Assembly: GCA_963662945.1 (NCBI GenBank)
Contig: OY759974.1
Span: forward strand, 1,728,001-1,792,000
DNA: 64,000 bases
DNA from: Arcobacteraceae bacterium
GTDB lineage: Bacteria; Campylobacterota; Campylobacteria; Campylobacterales; Arcobacteraceae
Reading direction: 5' to 3'
Each line of letters begins with the position of its first letter. Position 1 is the first letter of the stretch. This document shows positions 62,845 to 64,000 of the stretch, one piece after another. The position numbers and the translations under genes are program-made. The notes beneath the pieces are model-generated. The model ran no database searches. It was given only the letters and a program-made list of their open reading frames with translations, and was not told where the DNA came from.

Positions 62845-63528
62845 ATGGTGATTAGTGCAAAAAAACTTAATAAAGTTTATAAAGTAGGGGAATTAGATTT
62901 AACTGTTATAAATGATTTCTCATTGGATATAAATGAAGGTGAATTTATATCTTTAATTGGACCTAGTGGTAGTGGAAAATCAACTGTCTTAAATATGTTA
63001 GGATGTTTAGATACACCAACTTCTGGAAGTTTAATTATCAATGGTCAAAATATTTCAACTTTAAATAAAACTCAGCAAGCAAATTTTAGAGGAGAACATA
63101 TAGGATTTATTTTTCAAAGTTTCAACCTTATACCTGTTTTAACTGTTTATGAAAATATTGAGTATCCTCTTATTATGATACAAAATCTTCCCGAAGAAGA
63201 AAGAAAAATAAGAATTGAAAAGTTACTCCATGAAGTTGGAATGTATGAACAAAAAGATAAAACTCCTGACAAAATTTCAGGTGGACAGATGCAAAGAGTA
63301 GCAATTGCCAGAGCATTAGTTACAAATCCAAAAATTGTTTTTGCTGATGAACCAACTGCTAATCTTGATAGCTCAACTGCACACAAAATTATTGAGTTAA
63401 TGAAAAAAATACAAAAAGAACACAATACAACATTTGTTTTTGCAACACATGATGAAAAAATAGTTGCAAATGTTGATAGACTTATCACACTTGTTGATGG
63501 AAATATTGTTGAAGATAAAAGAGTTTAA
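62845..63528 (+). CDS. ABC transporter ATP-binding protein (LolD/MacB-like)
   Basis: GPSGSGKS, ISGGQMQRVAIARAL, ADEPTANLD. Confidence 0.93.
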   Translation: MVISAKKLNKVYKVGELDLTVINDFSLDINEGEFISLIGPSGSGKSTVLNMLGCLDTPTSGSLIINGQNISTLNKTQQANFRGEHIGFIFQSFNLIPVLTVYENIEYPLIMIQNLPEEERKIRIEKLLHEVGMYEQKDKTPDKISGGQMQRVAIARALVTNPKIVFADEPTANLDSSTAHKIIELMKKIQKEHNTTFVFATHDEKIVANVDRLITLVDGNIVEDKRV

Positions 63529-63529
63529 C

Positions 63530-64000
63530 ATGAAAAATATATTTAAAATAGCATATAGAAATCTTTTAAGAAACCACCGTCGTACACTTTTAACTGCCAG
63601 TTTGATAACACTTGGAGTCATATTTGTACTTGTATATACAGCTCTTTCTGGTAGTTTTAAAAACTATATGATAGGACAGATTACAGATTCATCTATGGGA
63701 CATATACAGATACATAAAAAAGGTTTTGTTGCAAGTGTAGAAAACTTACCTTTGGATAAAAATTTAAATAAAAAAGCATTGGAATATCTAGAACAATTTT
63801 TAAATGAAAGTCCTTATATTGAAAGTTATTCTTATAGAATAAAATTTGGTGGGATGTTTTCAAATTTTACGAGTACTACGAATATTAGACTTAATGCAAT
63901 TGACCCAGACAAAGAGTTTGCTACACTTCCTGCGTTGAAAGAACGACTTAATAATTTTAATGGTACTTTAGAAAAAGGGAGTATTATTGTTCCTGATATT
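63530..64000 (+). CDS. FtsX/MacB/LolE-type ABC permease, truncated by window edge
   Basis: Manual translation: MKNIFKIAYRNLLRNHRRTLLTASLITLGV...GHIQIHKKG. Confidence 0.85.
   Translation, partial: MKNIFKIAYRNLLRNHRRTLLTASLITLGVIFVLVYTALSGSFKNYMIGQITDSSMGHIQIHKKGFVASVENLPLDKNLNKKALEYLEQFLNESPYIESYSYRIKFGGMFSNFTSTTNIRLNAIDPDKEFATLPALKERLNNFNGTLEKGSIIVPDI

Overview
AT-rich chromosomal window (about 28-30% GC by eye) from a Campylobacterota bacterium, most consistent with Arcobacteraceae. This is inferred from the expanded 'IAHQWRQPL' histidine kinases, the CetA/CetB-type energy-taxis pair, the absence of rpmD and the gene order. It holds core genes (surE, mltA, psd, dsbD, ligA, pta-ackA, hemA, mnmA, folE, the fused S10-spc ribosomal operon through secY-map-infA, serB, metF-like, ruvX, acpS, msrA) interleaved with many signalling genes: 3 histidine kinases, 1 OmpR-type regulator, 2 chemoreceptors plus a stand-alone PAS protein, 2 HD-GYP proteins, a degenerate GGDEF protein and YajQ. 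It also carries an ovothiol biosynthesis pair (ovoA + PatB-type C-S lyase). I saw no rRNA, tRNA, CRISPR array, IS or prophage. The most notable candidates are: (i) a di-haem peroxidase lacking the distal His, coupled to an orphan DAHL-PAS kinase; (ii) a chemoreceptor tail carrying a Cle-type YxGPxKR c-di-GMP motif ahead of an EWASF tether; (iii) a small HTH gene with two 19-bp palindromic operators, one inside its own promoter, divergent from a catalytically degenerate Fe-S UDG-fold gene; (iv) a 23-bp-phased repeat array upstream of an LRV/CxxC mini-protein; (v) a structured S10 leader; (vi) two divergent, apparently leaderless gene pairs. All family calls come from motif recognition by eye, not from database searches.
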